From NCBI GenBank assembly GCA_019247755.1, contig JAFBAM010000162.1, forward strand, positions 1-37,690: DNA of 37,690 nucleotides. Direction: 5' to 3'. Source of the stretch: Sphingomonas sp. (GTDB lineage Bacteria > Pseudomonadota > Alphaproteobacteria > Sphingomonadales > Sphingomonadaceae). Below are positions 35,767-37,690 of this stretch, in pieces (positions within the stretch are counted from its first letter, which is position 1; every line of letters begins with the position of its first letter). Position numbers and translations under genes: made by a program. The notes under the pieces were generated by a model, which worked only from the letters and a program-made list of their open reading frames with translations, was not told the DNA's origin and did not search any database.

Positions 35767-37022
35767 CGGGTTTTCCCCTTGCTGTCCTCGGTTATACGCC
35801 TTTCGTAGGAGTAACATCGTGCCGCCAGAAAGCTGAGCGCTGAGGCCAGCGAAGCTGAAGCGAAGCGGCTGGAAAGCACCGGTGCGGGAGGAGCCTTTTT
35901 GTTGGCGTCCACCTTGACGTTGAGAAATCGGGGTTTGGCCGGATCCACTATGACTTCGTCGCCCTCGATAGAGACGACCTGCGATAGACCAAGGCCGGAC
36001 TCCGCCAGCCGACGCCAAGCTAAGCTCAAAGCTCGAACCGCAAGAGCGCAGACGCTCCGAAACGGCCGCACCTTTGCCTCAAATGGCTGATTTACATAGT
36101 TAAGGTCGAGAAAGCCGATGTTGGGATTGAGCGTGACCGCCATCTCACCGACCGCCGCGTGGCATTTAAGAACGTAGCTACAGTGCGAAAGTAGCAGCAG
36201 GTCCACAATGACTTCGACGCCTCGCGCCGCTTTGGCATTGTCATCGTGAAAGCGGTTCTCGCTGCTGTCGCTCAGCGACCATTCGGAGAAAGAAACGATC
36301 TTGTCCGGGTAAGCCTGTTCCAACGTTTTGAGCCACTGCCGCTGATCCGTTGCTACGAAGATGCGACTGCATTTGGGATGCTCGGCGAGGTAGCGATCGA
36401 TGTGAGGAAAATACTCCGCGGGCTCAATCTTGCGGGATAGATTGGGCCCCACCCCGAAATCGAACTTGTCCGAGCCGCGGAGCTGCAATCCAAGCGTGTC
36501 TTCGGAGAAGTTCTTATCGACGAATTGACGAACCTGTTCGGCGATGGCCGCCCTGACGCGGATTGTCCCGTCCCGCAGGAACTCGCGCGCCTTTTCGCGC
36601 TGCTCTTCCCACCATTGGGCCGGATAAGCGCCGTCCGCGTAATTTTCGACGCTTCGATAATAGTCATAGGGGTTCATGAACCAGCTGCGCGGCTCCCATC
36701 GGAACAGACGAACTAGGTCAGACGCACCCGACAAGGTGTAGACTTGGCCCCTCCGAACCAGCTGCTGGAGTTCATCCATCGCGGGCCCGATAGGCTCGTA
36801 ATAATAATCCCAGACGTTCGGGCCGTTGCCGACGTCGAAATATGGATTTGGACCGCCAAACATGTTGCTTCGGCCATGCAGGTACACGATCGGCTTCAGG
36901 CCCAGTCGCCTGGCCAATTGAAGTTGGATCACCACGCCGTTTAGCTGCGCGACTAGGCCGTCTGCCGTATTGCAGATCAGCAGATGCTTCGCGGCCAACA
37001 AATTCGGATGCCTTGATTCCAC
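35763..37022 (-). CDS. NodZ / O-fucosyltransferase-like GT-B glycosyltransferase
   Basis: GL...L, NVWDYYYEP, LGLQLRGSDK, IFVATD and D..LLS.C motifs. Confidence 0.7.
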   Translation of the reverse strand: MESRHPNLLAAKHLLICNTADGLVAQLNGVVIQLQLARRLGLKPIVYLHGRSNMFGGPNPYFDVGNGPNVWDYYYEPIGPAMDELQQLVRRGQVYTLSGASDLVRLFRWEPRSWFMNPYDYYRSVENYADGAYPAQWWEEQREKAREFLRDGTIRVRAAIAEQVRQFVDKNFSEDTLGLQLRGSDKFDFGVGPNLSRKIEPAEYFPHIDRYLAEHPKCSRIFVATDQRQWLKTLEQAYPDKIVSFSEWSLSDSSENRFHDDNAKAARGVEVIVDLLLLSHCSYVLKCHAAVGEMAVTLNPNIGFLDLNYVNQPFEAKVRPFRSVCALAVRALSLAWRRLAESGLGLSQVVSIEGDEVIVDPAKPRFLNVKVDANKKAPPAPVLSSRFASASLASALSFLAARCYSYERRITEDSKGKTR

Positions 37023-37207
37023 CTAACGCGCCCAGCCTGTTCAGAAGGCCTTATGACGGGCGGGGTCAGACAAGGACAAGACGTATCGCCGCCCTGTTCC
37101 AAAGCGAGGCAAAGCCCGAAGGCGAACGTGTGTTGGACGCTTGCCCACTCATAGGAATTGAACCAGAGTTTAATGCCGCAAGCGAGAATTCCGAGGGGCA
37201 AGAATTC

Positions 37208-37690
37208 GTGCAGTCACGGCCAACTTCCAAGGATGACATTGATCGAGGAACGGCCAGGGCGCTTTTAGCCATCACAATAGGTGCCGCTGCGGCGTTGAGA
37301 CTATTCGGGGCCAACGATCAGCTGTGGTTTGACGAGATCGCCACCCTTCTCGACTCTGTCCGCAAACCCCTTGGCGTCATCATGACGCACTTTCCGTCCG
37401 ACAATGATCACGTCTTCTATTCGGTACTCGCGCACATCAGCGTGAACTTGGGCGGTGAAACGCCGTTCATGCTCCGTTTGCCGGCCATCCTTTTCGGGAT
37501 TGCCTCTATCCCACTGATCTACACTGTCGGCACCAGGGTCACGACGCGGTTCGAAGCTGTCGCAAGCGCAATGGTCGCGACCGTAGCAGGCTATCACATC
37601 TGGTTCTCGCAGAACGCGCGTGGATACACGATGCTGCTCGTGCTGACCTTGCTTGGCACGCAACTCATATTCGACGCATTGAAGACGCGA
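37208..37690 (+). CDS. GT39/PMT-like (GT-C) glycosyltransferase, N-terminal part; runs off the right edge
   Basis: Not in the ORF track. GTG at 37208 after GAGGGG, open to the window end: ...ALRLFGANDQLWFDE...MLRLPAILFG...WFSQNARGY. Confidence 0.85.
   Translation, partial: MQSRPTSKDDIDRGTARALLAITIGAAAALRLFGANDQLWFDEIATLLDSVRKPLGVIMTHFPSDNDHVFYSVLAHISVNLGGETPFMLRLPAILFGIASIPLIYTVGTRVTTRFEAVASAMVATVAGYHIWFSQNARGYTMLLVLTLLGTQLIFDALKTR

Noticed and set aside
31536-37022. Nod-factor biosynthesis (NodB-like plus NodZ-like)
   Set aside because: There is no nodA or nodC, and the wzx and GT-C context indicates a surface glycan.

Overview
High-GC bacterial chromosomal window, probably alphaproteobacterial and sphingomonad-like (inferred from gene content and promoter motifs). 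It contains no rRNA, tRNA, CRISPR array or transposase. Blocks from left to right: (1) 1-7877: a partial KGG stress gene, divergent from an 8-gene operon encoding an XoxF-type PQQ alcohol dehydrogenase with a lanthanide-type D-x-D motif, cytochromes c and a caa3-like heme-copper oxidase. Oxidase subunit I appears to lack canonical D- and K-proton-channel residues. (2) 7885-11849 (minus strand): two unannotated small ORFs, a putative beta-barrel protein, a COG4705 protein and a TonB-dependent receptor. (3) 12004-19523: TpsB transporter, TpsA-like protein with a 34-Pro run, and an exported TPR-CHAT caspase-like protease. (4) 20033-25953: the best candidate for an undescribed system. It comprises a membrane-anchored Ala/Phe/Asn decapeptide-repeat protein, a signal-peptide protein with zincin, beta-propeller and beta-barrel parts, and a PrsW-family intramembrane protease. 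A PilZ gene follows. (5) 26457-37690: a surface-glycan locus (GT-C-like, GT2, flippases, flavoenzyme, deacetylase, epimerase, TylF-like methyltransferase, NodZ-like transferase, partial GT39). All calls come from motifs read by eye; no database searches were run.
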